Assembly (NCBI GenBank): GCA_000934665.2
Contig: JYFJ02001486.1
Span: 1 to 64,000, forward strand
Direction of reading: 5' to 3'
DNA: 64,000 bases
Source of the DNA: Catajapyx aquilonaris
Lineage: Eukaryota
The position numbers and the translations under genes were made by a program. The notes below the pieces were generated by a model that worked only from the letters and a program-made list of their open reading frames with translations, did no database searches and was not told the DNA's origin. Positions 42,506 to 55,800 of the stretch are shown here, one piece after another. Each line of letters begins with the position of its first letter. Positions within the stretch are counted from its first letter, which is position 1.

Positions 42506-45500
42506 GTGAGAGAGACGCACCTTTGGGCCCAACGCGCCTGCATTCCTAGACACTTGCTTTCACGTATAGACAATATGGGGTGCCCACCTGTTTGACATTT
42601 CGCACTAGGCATGGCGCGGAATTCCTCAGCTAGATAAGTTTATCGCTTGTACCGTGTTGGGAATTTATTTCAATTTAAAATACTCTGGGGATTTTCAGCC
42701 CCTCCCCAGTTTTTTGGTCTGGGTTGCTTTGCCAAAATCGGTTCGGTTCGGGGTGGGCTATTTTAAATTTTTCACGTCGAGAGACTTGACTGATATATAT
42801 TGCTCTTTCCGCTTTCGCAACTTATGCCGACTCGTTGGAAAGCTACACTGTATACGGGCGAATTGGGGTTGACTGGATCGGATTTGTTGTGAAATCAGAA
42901 CGGAAGTGTTTGAGCTATCTCTCCGAACGTTGCCTTTTCAATTCCGTGTAGGCCATATTGCGCGTCATTGTCTAATCAAGGACGTCATTATTAAAGCAAT
43001 CGTAAATCCAGACAATATACTGTGGTCATGTTGGATTCTTACTCATGATGACGGCACATCCGAGATCAATATCTGGGCTGCTTAATGCAGATACGTTATT
43101 ATCAGTGATTACTAATTAAATATGCTCTCCTGGCGCATTTACTGAATTCTGTGGTGAAGGTTGCACGCAGGAAGCGACTGATATCAAACAATGCCCACGT
43201 GATGATGTTCCAAGTATTACGACCATGTTCTGCTTTCTTGGCTGGAATGACCACGCGCAACGTAAAAGCGGAACTAAAAGGTATATAAACAATGAGAGTA
43301 CTGTATACACAGAAAATATTATTTTCGATCATGTTTTCATAAACAATTGGATGAAGGTTAATTGGATTTATGGGATACCGTGTAACTGAAGCATTTGCAC
43401 TAAATTGTCATTCCCAAGGTTCGCAGGAAAGTACCGGTATGTGGGCATGTTAGGTATGCCCATTAGGCTCTTTTATGAATAGCGTATAGCTCTGAGCACT
43501 TGAATTTTTAATGTTTTCCCATATGCGGACTACTGACCAGTCGTTAGTGGTACTTAAAATTTTCCGTTATTAATCAGGCAGATCGTATTATGTACTGTAC
43601 GTAGCCTCTTTAACGCGGATGGATTTCCTCGAAATAAGAAGCCTGTCAGAAGATGATGTTTAACACCAGCAGCTCAAGGTCGACAATATAAGCAAATAAT
43701 TATGCTCCTGTCCTTGTTGTATTATATTCTGAGTTTCAAAAATTTCTTACCTCGTCTAACTAATGTTCGAAGGAATATGCTTGTTATTGACTAAGACAAA
43801 AGCTCACGTGTTTTTCACTACAAAGTGTTCGTTGAATAACCGGAGACTTGTTCTCTTATTGTGCTGTGAGTGACACTCTTGGGAAGAATGACCTCCATTT
43901 CTGCTGATCAGGTGACTTGGCATGATGCCCCCGGAAGTACTTGCTTTGCATACAGAGAGTGAGTCATTAAATCCCACGAAATTGGTACACTGGAACAGAT
44001 TTAAGATATCCGAAGATATATACACTACCAAGTTTGAACAATAACAACTACTGTAATTACAGTGTTCATTGACTTACATAATCAAGTGTAATGTAACGAA
44101 GCTGTTAATAATTACGGAGTCTCTTACCATCACTTATAATCGTATAACTCTAAACTATTATAGTGTAAAGCACGAAATAATATATTGCATAAGTTGAGGA
44201 AGTTGCAGGCTGTCATCCTAGAAAAAGACATCCTCTTCCACCAGTTTCAAAATTAGTCTACCACTGGTCCTTTTTGCGAACAGCCAGTGTTTCACAAAAA
44301 GGAAATGAGGTCACCTCCGCATCTAGAGAGCAATAGGCTTAGTAGGCTAACCCGGTTACGACATATGAAATCCGTTTTTATGAATTAATATTGCAACTGT
44401 TTATAGATATACGGCTGTGTTTACTGTAATTTTTAGGCATATGGTTTGGGCCACCTCACGTGGTATTTGGAGAGCTTAGAGGGTGATGCAAATAGGTGCA
44501 TTGCTGCTTGTCCGATGCATACCCTGATTCTATTCAGCATTCATTCAGCCTTTATATAGCACATGACGACAAAGACCTGACCTTACAACCCAATGCCTTA
44601 TTCATACGCTGGCACCGATATGTAACGAATTAGGAGCAAAACAGCACACTGCATCTCGCGGAACGTACGGTACAAGTGTACTGTACATTGAGAATAATGA
44701 CAACGTAATCTGATATTGTATCAAGTATCGCAAGTTGGCCAGAAGTCTTGGCGTACCAAACGACAACACCCGAGAAACCCAGTTTCCGCCCGCAAAACGC
44801 AACAAAATTAGCTTCGCCCATGCCGGATACATCTTGTGGTTTTTTGGAAAATCTTCTGCGAGTTCATTAGCTAGACGGGGTGCACGATTTAATTGGTTGA
44901 ACCTTGTTCAGGAAAAATATACTTGTACACCTGCATCGTGATGCTTATGGAAATCACGTCGCTAGTTACGTAAATCTCCCGTACAGGTGTCCGGACCTTT
45001 TTATGTCGTCACGTGCCTGTACAGCACTCAGCATCGTGATCTGTACAGACAGTAGGTACAGGTCCCACGCAACTTATTGTCAGCTGCAGTTCATTTCCAT
45101 GTAAGGAAGATTACAACCTGTAGTTGATGAGGTACGACAAAGCACGTAGCCAATTTCGAGAGGCTCGAGCGATGTCATAAATAGAAAGGAATCGAGAGGT
45201 ATGATCAGCATGTCGATCTGGTGAGCTAGAGGAAAAACGTCACTTGAGCAGATGTTTCTTTCGATGTGAATATTCCTTTACTGTACATCCTCCGAGAACA
45301 GACGCTTGTGGCTGGAGTCGTGATAACCGCAGATACGCACGCCACAGGAATTTCCGAGTTGTCTGCAAGAATAGGCACCGGATGTCATAGGAGTGATAGC
45401 AGAAGATTGAGATGTTTTTTTGTCAAGTTTGGTATTCATAGAGTTTGGATTATATATGAAAGATCCTGCCTGAAATTGGTGAACCGTTCTTTTGTCATAT

Positions 45501-46547
45501 GCTCCGTAGACTTGCTTCATCTTCGAATCACGATCCTTTCCATGGACAATTAATGATATTATTAATTGTCGATTTAATCCACGCTGTGGATGTCGCATTT
45601 TTCCGTGTAATCTAATAGGGTCACATAATTTTTCACGCACCCATACTCATAATATATTGAATGAGAGGTACGCTGCAATTCGAAGAGCGGTAATCAAGCT
45701 TAGGGAACTCGTTTTGTGCGAAATATTTCTACATGTAAGTTTCGTTATGTAGTACAGTACAACGTATAGGCGATTTCTTAGAGGACACTTGCAATATTCA
45801 GGAATACAGTTTTTAAATAAATTCAGTAGGCTACCCTTTCTTGAAAGTGTGAGACTTGCGTTTTCAATTTTCACAGGCACCTGTGCAGGTAACCTGACTT
45901 TGGATGTGACATTATTGTGCAAGAAGCATTTAATCGTGGTAAAGACTAGTGAGATGAACTTAAATTGGCGATTAAGTATTTGTAGGTACCGTATTTGTTT
46001 AACGTGCAGGATAATGGAAATTATTGATCACCAACAAGGTTATGCAAGTTAGTTCAAAAGAAACTGCTGCTGTAATATTATAGAGTTAGAAGTTGCCAAT
46101 AAAAGTAGTTAGGCCGCATTATACTGCAGTTACCCTAAATACGTAATTACTTCGAAAAAGACATGCTGTTTAAGTTGTTAGCTACCTTTCCTTGTTATTT
46201 TAACTCTTAAAAATAACAAGAACGGCGATGTCATTTGGACCTTAAAAAATATAGTGCATATGTTCTGCATAGAATATAGTGTGTATTACCAAGCTCTTGG
46301 TATTACAGTATATTGATAGTAATGTCATGAGAAGGTCATCAAAATACTACATGTATCATACAAAAGCTCACAATTGCATTCAGTTAAAACTGGTGTGGGA
46401 GTGCACTTGGATGTGTAGCACATCCTTGTATGTTGAGGAAAGAGGCATGCTTGTCAGATTTATCATGATTGCTAGTTTCATTGTTGAGGCAGACCTCATG
46501 CAAACCATACATACTAATTACACTGGGATTTTTCCAACAGCTAAGCC

Positions 46548-47784
46548 ATGGACACCGGCATGCCGCAGACAGTGCCAGTGGCCATGGGCAGCTTTCAGCA
46601 GCCAGGAGTGTATCTCCTCCAAGTGATGCCCATCAGTGGTCACCATGACTGGAACAAAGTGTTTCCAAGGAGGATGGTTAAGTCCCTGGCTGTCGGCCAA
46701 GTTGCCCTTTCTTTTGTGGCCTTCGTGGCTGAGGTGAGTTTTTGACAACCCACTTCTCTTGATACCAACACTATAGTTGTTAAGCTTTTCCCCCAGGGAG
46801 AGATCCTGTGGTCGACTCTGGCCAATTGGTCTTGTAAGCAAACAGTCATTTGCCATTAAAACTGCAGTAAAGAATTGTAATATTTGATCAGTCCACATGC
46901 CCTGCCTAAGGGCTTTGAAGCTACTGCATATGGCTGCCAATCGCACTTTTGAGAACCACTGGTGCAGAACAGTGATTCTCAAACTTTTTTGACCACTGCC
47001 AGGGACAAAATATCTGGTGACCCATTTTGGCATTACATACTGTGGATTTACTAGTGTCAATCTTTCCTTCCACTTCCAGGTTGTACTAATTACCACTGTG
47101 GGTCGAGGGCCTTCAGCAGGCCCATTTGCTGGAATCTGGACAGGAATCTTTTTTGGGATTGCTGGTGGTCTTGGAATAGTTTCATCGGCTAAACCAGGAC
47201 GATGCAGGTGAGAAGCTCTCTTTTAGATGCTTCAGAAAGAAACTAACTTTACATTTCCATTTCAAAAATAGCATTATTGGTTTCTTGGTGATGAGCATAA
47301 CAGCAGCCTTGATGACAATCCCACTGCTGGGAATCTCACTGGCAAGCCTAACGTACATCCAAGAGTGCCTGCAGGATGGCGATTACAACAAACCCTACTG
47401 GTGTACTTCAAATGCTTTCACTGGAGCTGTGTTTGATGCCATCCTCTGCTTCACGGCTGTCTGTGAAATCGTCATAGCTGTCATTTGTTCTGCACTGTGT
47501 TGCAGAGCAGTGTGTTGCAGCAGGGCAAAGGTGAGCTGTTGATTCATAGATATCACTAAATCAACCAAGTTCCATGATACTAATGATCTCTTTCTTTGCA
47601 GTATGCCAGTGCAACAGCCACATACATTGCCCAGCCTGCCAATCCTTCTGGGGGACCACTTGTGCCAGGTGACACTTACCCTCTCCAGCCACAGGGAACT
47701 TCCGTTGCAATTCCAAGTGGTGCAGGTGCAGCAGCTGTAGATCCACCACCTGCATATGTGGAGAAGGAGTCATCCAGTTCATAG
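46548..47784 (+). CDS. MS4A/CD20-like four-transmembrane protein, paralogue 1
   Basis: Exons 46548-46733, 47080-47207, 47272-47530, 47602-47784. Four hydrophobic helices; TM1 LAVGQVAL and TM2 GIWTGIFFGIAGGLGI resemble MS4A; Cys cluster CCRAVCC after TM4; Pro-rich tail ending PPPAYVEKESSSS. Probable non-coding first exon ends at donor 42505 and splices to acceptor 46540. Confidence 0.8.
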
Positions 47785-49828
47785 GCTTGATATAGCCAGG
47801 TACTGCCATTGTGATTTTACCAAGGATGGTAGGAAAAACTTAGGCCATAAGACTCGCAAGTATGAGGTGTTTATGTGAAAAAATCTGAATTGTGCTAATG
47901 ATGTACCTGCAAGATTAAGTGTTGTATTATTGAGAGGAAGCATTTATTGTACTGAGTATTTTTTTTAGATTTTTGCCAATATTATCCAGGTCAACTGGTG
48001 GACTCCATTGTACATATAAATGGACTGACATGCAACTTTCTTGGATCATTGACATCAAAATTTGGTGCGATTTATCTGTCCAATGTCAATATCATTTATT
48101 GCTGGTGACTATTTGTCATTTATTCTTCCATTACTTTTTCAGTTATGTCTTGGTAGCTTCCTGTCTAGCAAGTGAAATAGCATATTGTAGTACTCAGAAC
48201 AAATTGTTCCTTTAATTGTAAGCAAGTTGACGTTGCTGCAGCTAAAATGTTAGCTATGATGTTCACCTTTCAGGAAATAAGACCATGTTGTTTTAGGGCA
48301 GACTTGAATTTTATCTCTGACACCATGTACCATTATGTAGCACTTGTGTACTACACTATACACGACAAAAAGGGGAAATCTGCTTGTAGAGACTTCTATG
48401 CAAGCAGGCTTTCACATGTTTTTGTCCTGTATCGTACCATAATTTTAATTAATGGCCATCTTAATAATTACAGTATGATGGTACCTGTTCAATTGTAGTG
48501 TAGCTGGTGTGAATGCCCATGAATTATTATTAAAATTGTTTCATGTTGTGCCACACGAGGATACAACACAGTGTGCCACACATTTCAGCAATTTATGATT
48601 GCATTTCATCATCCAGGTATTTCTCATCATTCAGAGCAGCTGGCATAGAACAGTATTGAGCTTCTACTAATGATATGCAAGAAATGAACTATGGCATTGA
48701 ATTATTTGTTGTTGTCAGAATCCAGCCAATTCTTTGGAGCATGAATGTGGTGGTGTGTGTGCTCTAAATGTTTTCACTGTTGTTGCTTTTATAAATCAGG
48801 GAAGCAATTATGATAAAAAACAAAAAACAAAAACAAATCTGTCTCCACAGAGAAATTGTTATTTTGCTACCCTACTACTTATACAAGGCATGGGTTTTAT
48901 CATGTGACATTTAATTGTATGGAGCTCATGATGTCACAATATTGCCTGCATCAATCTTGACATTTCCAAGTAATTGTTAACTATTTATTCCGATTCGTTT
49001 CTCCCAGAGATGTTGAATGCTGACTAGTTGGAGATGCACAAGCTGTAGTTTACAAATGTAATTAACTGTATTTTTATTATTTAGAGCACCCCTGCTTGTT
49101 ACTGTCTGACAAAGTGTTTCAAAAGCAGACATTACTTTGTTAATGATATGTGTTGTACAGTATATTCATCTACGTTTATACACTAGGATAGGATCATGAA
49201 TCAATGTTAATCAGGTGTTACGACTATTGGCCAAGTTTCACATGTACGCAGATCATAACTTGAGAAGAATAAATTGAACTAAATAGCTGATAACATGTTC
49301 AGTTTTTCATTCACACTGCCTCTCTCCTTGTTAAAGCTTTCCCATTTATTTCCTTTACCTTGATGTACCAAAATCCTCTTAAATGGTCAATGTCAACCCT
49401 TCCCTGTAATTAACTGTCAATCTGTCATAATGGCAGCATGAAGTGTGACTGAAAAGTTCCCATAATTTTTTTCCTATTCAAATAGGGTAATTAATTGAGA
49501 CACAACATTAAACTAAATCACGATTTTTCCTCATTCTCCACAGGTAGTTATAATTATGATTATTTATGACAAGTGTCTAAACAAATTTTGAGAGCTGTAG
49601 TAAAAATAATACTCAGTTTGTATTCAACCCATGTTTTATTCCCAAACAGTTACAAAAACTCAAAATTTGAAATGTTAGGTCAGTCTCACTAACAGTAAGT
49701 GTCAGGTAAATAGAAACACCTGGTCCCATGTTAAAATGTAGCCTTACCAGTCTAGCTAACCAACATAAAAAGCCCCCCGAGGCAACACAAGTTTTCCTTG
49801 ATGCATCATGTCACTCTCTGAGACTCAC

Positions 49829-52800
49829 TCATTCCTTGAGGTGTAGATCTTTGGCCACAGTGTGTGCTGTTACATACATCAACTCAGACTTGTGCTTGTG
49901 GTAATTGTCTATGGCCTCTTGACGCATTTCTTCCCACTCGTACAGATCCCTGCAAGGAATGATTACAAAAGTGTGTGTCATGAACAGGTCCTGATGTTAT
50001 CTCTGGATTGGTGAACAGAAAAAAACTAATATTTGCACATAGAGCAGAGTTATTATTGGCAGATCATAATATTGCACACTAGACTCAGCTCATTTAATAC
50101 AACAGGAGAAAAGTCTACCACACAGGTGAGACAGATATTACATATGATATAATACACTCTACTTTATTGTATCCACTCCACCTGGCATCTCACTCCCTTG
50201 ATTACCAAAAGGAGTGTGCATTCTTATGATCACCAGACAGCTCTATGCATTACTTGCAATGCACTGAGAATAATATTATTGTGTGATAGTTCTACCTGTA
50301 AATGGGCCTGACAAACTTCATCCTTCCAAGACTGTTGACAAATTCGAGTGCCTTTGGCACCACCTCTTTGCATTTGGCCCTGATTCCAAGACGGATCCAT
50401 CTGAACTCCACCTCGGAGTTATGAACTGAATTTAGATCATATGCAGACTGCATAGCACGAACTTTCTCAGCAGAGAAGCGTGGATTCTCCTCCTGGAGCA
50501 AAAGAGCCAGAAACTCTCGTGTTTGGACGGAGTTAAGATCTTTCAGGTCAGAACCATTGAAGGGAGGCACTGAGTCCAGTGTTGGATCCCATTCCAGCCA
50601 GCGGTGAACAAGGCCCTGGCATGGTTTCGCCAGGCTCCCATCATAGCTGAATTATCAGGCAAAGAATATAATTTATTCAGTATACGGTACTTTTTATTAT
50701 GCACACTTGGTGAGCCAAAAAGAAACCAAGTGAAAAAAATGCGCTGTGCCACTTGTTACAGATTTCAATGCAAAATTTGGACACATAGGCTACAGGTGCC
50801 AATAACTTTTTATAAATGCATATCAATAATAACTTAAGCACTTTAGTGATATAGTGTAAGAGCAATAGATGTTCCACTTTTGCTGTTCAATATGAAGGTT
50901 TGCTTGTGTTATGCCCAAGAGCTTGAAAGCTCATGCCCCTCTAATAAAGAATAGCCTACTAACAAAAAAATTTGCACTCACTTTGGCTTATATTTGGGCA
51001 TCCCAGGTTGGTAAAACCATGTGTCCCAATCAATGTCTTTCACATCCTTGAAATGATTCAAGAAGAACTGCTTAAACTCATCTGAATCCAAGGACTTGCC
51101 CTTGTAGGTGTCAAGATATTTGTATAGAAATGGCTCAAAGGCACCTGAAAGTGTCCCATATTGTGTGAGTAACTGAATCACATAGGCTAACATGTAAACA
51201 TTACCTGGTCCCCCAACCATTTCTTCCAGGTAGTAGAGAAAGGTATGACCTTTTTCATATGGGACAGTTGAAAAAGAGTCATCTGGGTCTACTCCTTTCA
51301 GGTCAGGAATTAGCTGAGTCAGTGGGTTTGACTCTCCCTGGCTTTTTATCTGTTTTGTTATACACAATACACACATCACTTCATAATTATTACCACATTA
51401 GAAACTCAGGATGATACTGCATTATTATTTCTGAGTTTTCGCTCAACTTTAGAGGAAATAGATGCAATGGGATGGGAAATATTAATGATCACACATGAAG
51501 TTGCAAATGTTGGGAGAAACTTACGTCAGAAAATCTGCAGTAAGTTCTATAGTTACACTTACATAAAAATTGCCATTAAACCCAAAGTGGTAATTCCCTT
51601 CACAAAACAACCCTTTATTTAAGCAATACTCACACTGTCTGCCAGTTCCTTCCACCCTCCAATGGCAGAAAATTGCCTGGCAGTTTCTCCCTTCATCCTT
51701 CCTAAGATCTTCCTCTCCACAAACACTGTAAATCCTTCATTTAGCCAGAAATGCTCAAAGTTCTTGTTTGTCACCAAATTGCCTGTCCAAGAATGACTGA
51801 TCTCATGAGCAATCACATCTGCCAAGGATTTGTCCCCTGCCTGAACACAAAGATATGGAAGAATAAAATTGTTATGAGAAGCATGCAATGCAATATTACT
51901 GACTCCAGATATAAGATGAACATAACAACTACTGGTAGAGAGACAGTATCTGTGCTATTCAGTCCTAATCAGTGCTATTCAAGAAGCCAGTGCCACTGAC
52001 CAGTAAGGTAGGGGTTGCAAAGGTGAGGCAGGGATTCTCCATCCCTCCAAATGGAAAGGAAGGTGGCAGCACCAATATGTCATAGATTCCCCAAACATAC
52101 TTCCCACACAGCTCCTCAGCGGTCTTCAGCATTGTCTCAGTCTGAAATAACATTCATCACAATTAGATACCCACTCAATAAACCATCCTCAATTTTTCAC
52201 ACTGAGTTGGACTATACTTTTAGAGGAACAGGATTACTGAACTCCCATAAACTAAATCGCCCATTCCCTTCCACCAAAAATAACATGGAGAAACTTGCAG
52301 CAACAAGTAGCTCTCTCTTGTGAGGCCAAGTGAATGTCACCTGTTTCCCCCATTTTTCCATTATCCACATCAGTCAACCTAGTGAACTTGCTACAGACTC
52401 ACTTCTGAAAACTCATAAGCAGCTTTTTCCACGATTTCCTTCTCTGCCCATACATTTGACCTGGGTCCAACCTTTCTGGACTCAATGTCTCCCACTACGA
52501 TGGCAATCAGATATGAAGGAATGGGGATGGCTTGGTGGAAAGAATGCACTCTTTTGCCTGAGTTGTTCCCTTCCAATTGACCTTTCTTCACAGCACTCAT
52601 CAGAACCTCCAGCTCACTTGGAGCTGTAATCTGTAAAATAGGAAAGAGTAATATTAATACGATAAATCATAGTAGGCAGAGTAAGAAAGGAACTTTTACA
52701 TATCCACAGACATGAAAACTGTTATTTTTATGTCATTATTCTTTGAAGATACTAATAATATGGCCTATCACTTGATAAGTTAAGTATGCTACAGTGTTAT

Positions 52801-55800
52801 CTTTTCATGATTCTAAAATGGTTTTCCAGTGAACACCACAGTGAAACAGCAATCCCGACAATGAATAGTTGCTTTCAATGGATTCCTTTTCTTCAACCTG
52901 GTTGCTTGAGCAGTGACCTTGAGAAGTGCACCACCTATTACTGCATTTTTGTATCCAGGCACAAAATTTCACATGCAAAGAATTGAGACATCCCATTGGG
53001 TAACCCTCACTATCTCAAAATACTTACAACTCATGGGCAAGGGTTGATGTCATGTGTTAATTATAAGCACAATTACATTTACTTTTTGACAACGTAAGAT
53101 ACATTTATTGCCTCCTAACAACATGCAAATCTGACCTGTGCTGTGTAGGGCGCCTTGACTGATGGAGTGTCTTGACAAGGAACCATGGATCTGCAGTGAA
53201 TAGCCTGAAAGTAAAATAAATATTTTCAGAGAACAACAATAAGTAGTTTTGCACCTTCTCAGATACAAAGAACAACATAAAAGATGAGAATTGTCATTTC
53301 AGGTAATATAAAGACATACTTAGACATGCTTTATGTTATTTAGTAAGTCTGCATAAACATTGGCTGGTTTACACAGACTTACTAAATAACAAAGCATGTG
53401 TGGCATGATAGCCTAGGGCCTAGATAGTTGTCTGTGACATCACCATTTAGTAGGTTCCTCTAACTTTCAGAGAGCAGGTGTGAATTTTTCCCCATGATGA
53501 GATAATGTACCCTACATGAGGGAGCCAGGACATTGAACACCACAACAAACTTGCTTCAACATCCTTAAGAGTATTCAGAATGTTCCACTGCATGTTTTTA
53601 AAAAATTACCTGGCATTGACTAAACAGGTATGGATGCCTTTTCCCAGCAGTCTGTTGTGATGGAAGCCACTGTAGAGCACTGGACTGGGGACTGGTCTCA
53701 TACTGCACTCTAACCTGACAGCTGTAGGGAGTAGGAGGAAGAAGGCCAAAATCAGTATTGTATAATGTGAATTACAAATCTCACAGTGGCTGCACAGGCA
53801 GAGAGACCTCTCCCTGGACCTGTTCTCACTCAGCCACTGCAGGGCTGTAGAAGATGGGGAAGGCAGTGGACATGCAGGTGTAGGTGCAGGTGGAAGTGTG
53901 TGTGAATGCAAGTTGACTTATGTAGTCTTCCACCTGCCCCATTTCCCTGGCCACTTGGTGCTGCTTAGTGGGGTATAAGGCAGTTTCTTTTAGACAACTG
54001 AATGCATATACGTTCTTCCTGATGTCAATATTCAGGGAGTCAGGACATTCAGATCAAACCAATATCCTCTCATTTCATCTAGTGCTTTAAGGGCATCAAT
54101 TGAAAACAAATATACGATGGCTTACTGTTAAGATGATCATAAGCACATTTTCAAAATTTCAAATGCCGCATTTTTATAATCAAAAGGCACATTATTGTAT
54201 CATTTTAAACCATATACATAAACATCAACACCTCATCAGCTAATTAAGATAGACAACGGTAATATTCCTACAGCAAACAAATTAATGAGGAAAAGAGAGA
54301 TACATAATTACTTCACATTAAATTTCAAGGCTACCAGAGAATTTTTATCAATTTCCACAAACAAAACAAATCTATTTACTCTAAGATTCGTCAGTTTCTT
54401 CACTGCCTGAAAATGACAGCTAACAAATTATGCCATGGTACCAGCACAATAAAGTGAAAAATACAGTTCATTAAGCCAGAGAATAGTACTCTCACAGGTT
54501 TAATTAGTTTTGCTATTGAAAATCATTGCTGTCCTTTAATATCAGTATCATTATCTGGTTTAATACACTATCACGTTCTTCATTTGCTATGCTTCATGAA
54601 ATTCCCTGCTACCACAGCCTGTGTACCCATGCTTACAAATCTTAGTGGTTGCAATGCTAAGGCATTATGCAACACAATTAACAAAGAATTAAAGTATTGC
54701 TTACGTTGCCTTTCCCTTTGGCAATGTAATCTTCAGTGGTGACCCAAAGGTCTTCACGACCTCCCCAATCTCAAACTTAAGTTCCTTCTTAGTCTCCAAA
54801 TCTTCAACCTTGATTATCTTCAAGTCTCTTGAGTCCAGCACCTACAAATAAAGGTATTACTAGAAAAACCCTCGCTGCGCTCGCATTTTTCTATGGTGTA
54901 GGCATAGAAAACCATTCGCTTCACTCACTTTTTTCTAGGCCTGTAGCCTACAGTGAACACTGTAATTCGCTTCAGACTTATAGCCAGTGATGATGCCCAT
55001 CCCCCAATCATATGCATAACCCCACCCCACCTGTTCCTCCGTGCATATCCCACATATCCGTAATTCCCTACCCTGCGACCCATCTGCAATCCCACCTTTT
55101 GGGGAAATATGCATTTTCACACTTCAACATATCCATATCTTCTGAATTTTTAAAACCCCAATTAATAACCGTATGAACAGATATTCACAACCTCTACCGC
55201 CTCTACTCGCATACACTGGCACATACGTATCTAAATTATATGCACACTTTCCGACCACATTTTTCTAACTGCTTGTAACTCCCCCTTCATTATAAACTTC
55301 CATGGAATTCTGCAGTGTTTGTATTAGATGATGAAAAACTGGTTTCATTATTCCCAACACTTTCTTTTGACGTTCTCGACTTATCACTGGGTTCAGTGTT
55401 GAATATCGCGCCCAATGCTGCTTACCAACTTTCCTTGCGGGGGTGCCAGGAAGGACCTTGTTTAAAAAACTGAAATTATTTTACTTTGTTTATAAACGTC
55501 CATGGAGTTGGCACCACTGATGAACACCATGACGATGTGGGTGGAGGAGGGTGGAAGCAGGGTGGAAGGGTAGAGGGGTGTTCATGGGAGAGGCAATGTG
55601 TCCTCGTTCAGTCCTCGTTGACGTCCAGCAAGAAACTGTGGCGTTCTTCCACCCATTGCGTATGCTTGGAACGGGGGCCAATTGGAGGCGTCACGGTAAC
55701 AATATGCTCAGGTAACAATGAATGGGGGCCAATCGGAAGGTTGCGGCAACAATATGTGGCGGCCCAATCAGAGGGCATAACCAAAGTCCGAAGCATTTTA

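Noticed and set aside
39925..46500. Many 60-120 aa ORFs between LIN52 and MS4A paralogue 1
   Set aside because: No recognisable domains or consistent splice structure; consistent with chance ORFs in intergenic and first-intron DNA.
46518..47096. 192-aa antisense ORF over MS4A paralogue 1
   Set aside because: It spans an exon and an intron on the opposite strand with no recognisable motif; likely a shadow ORF.
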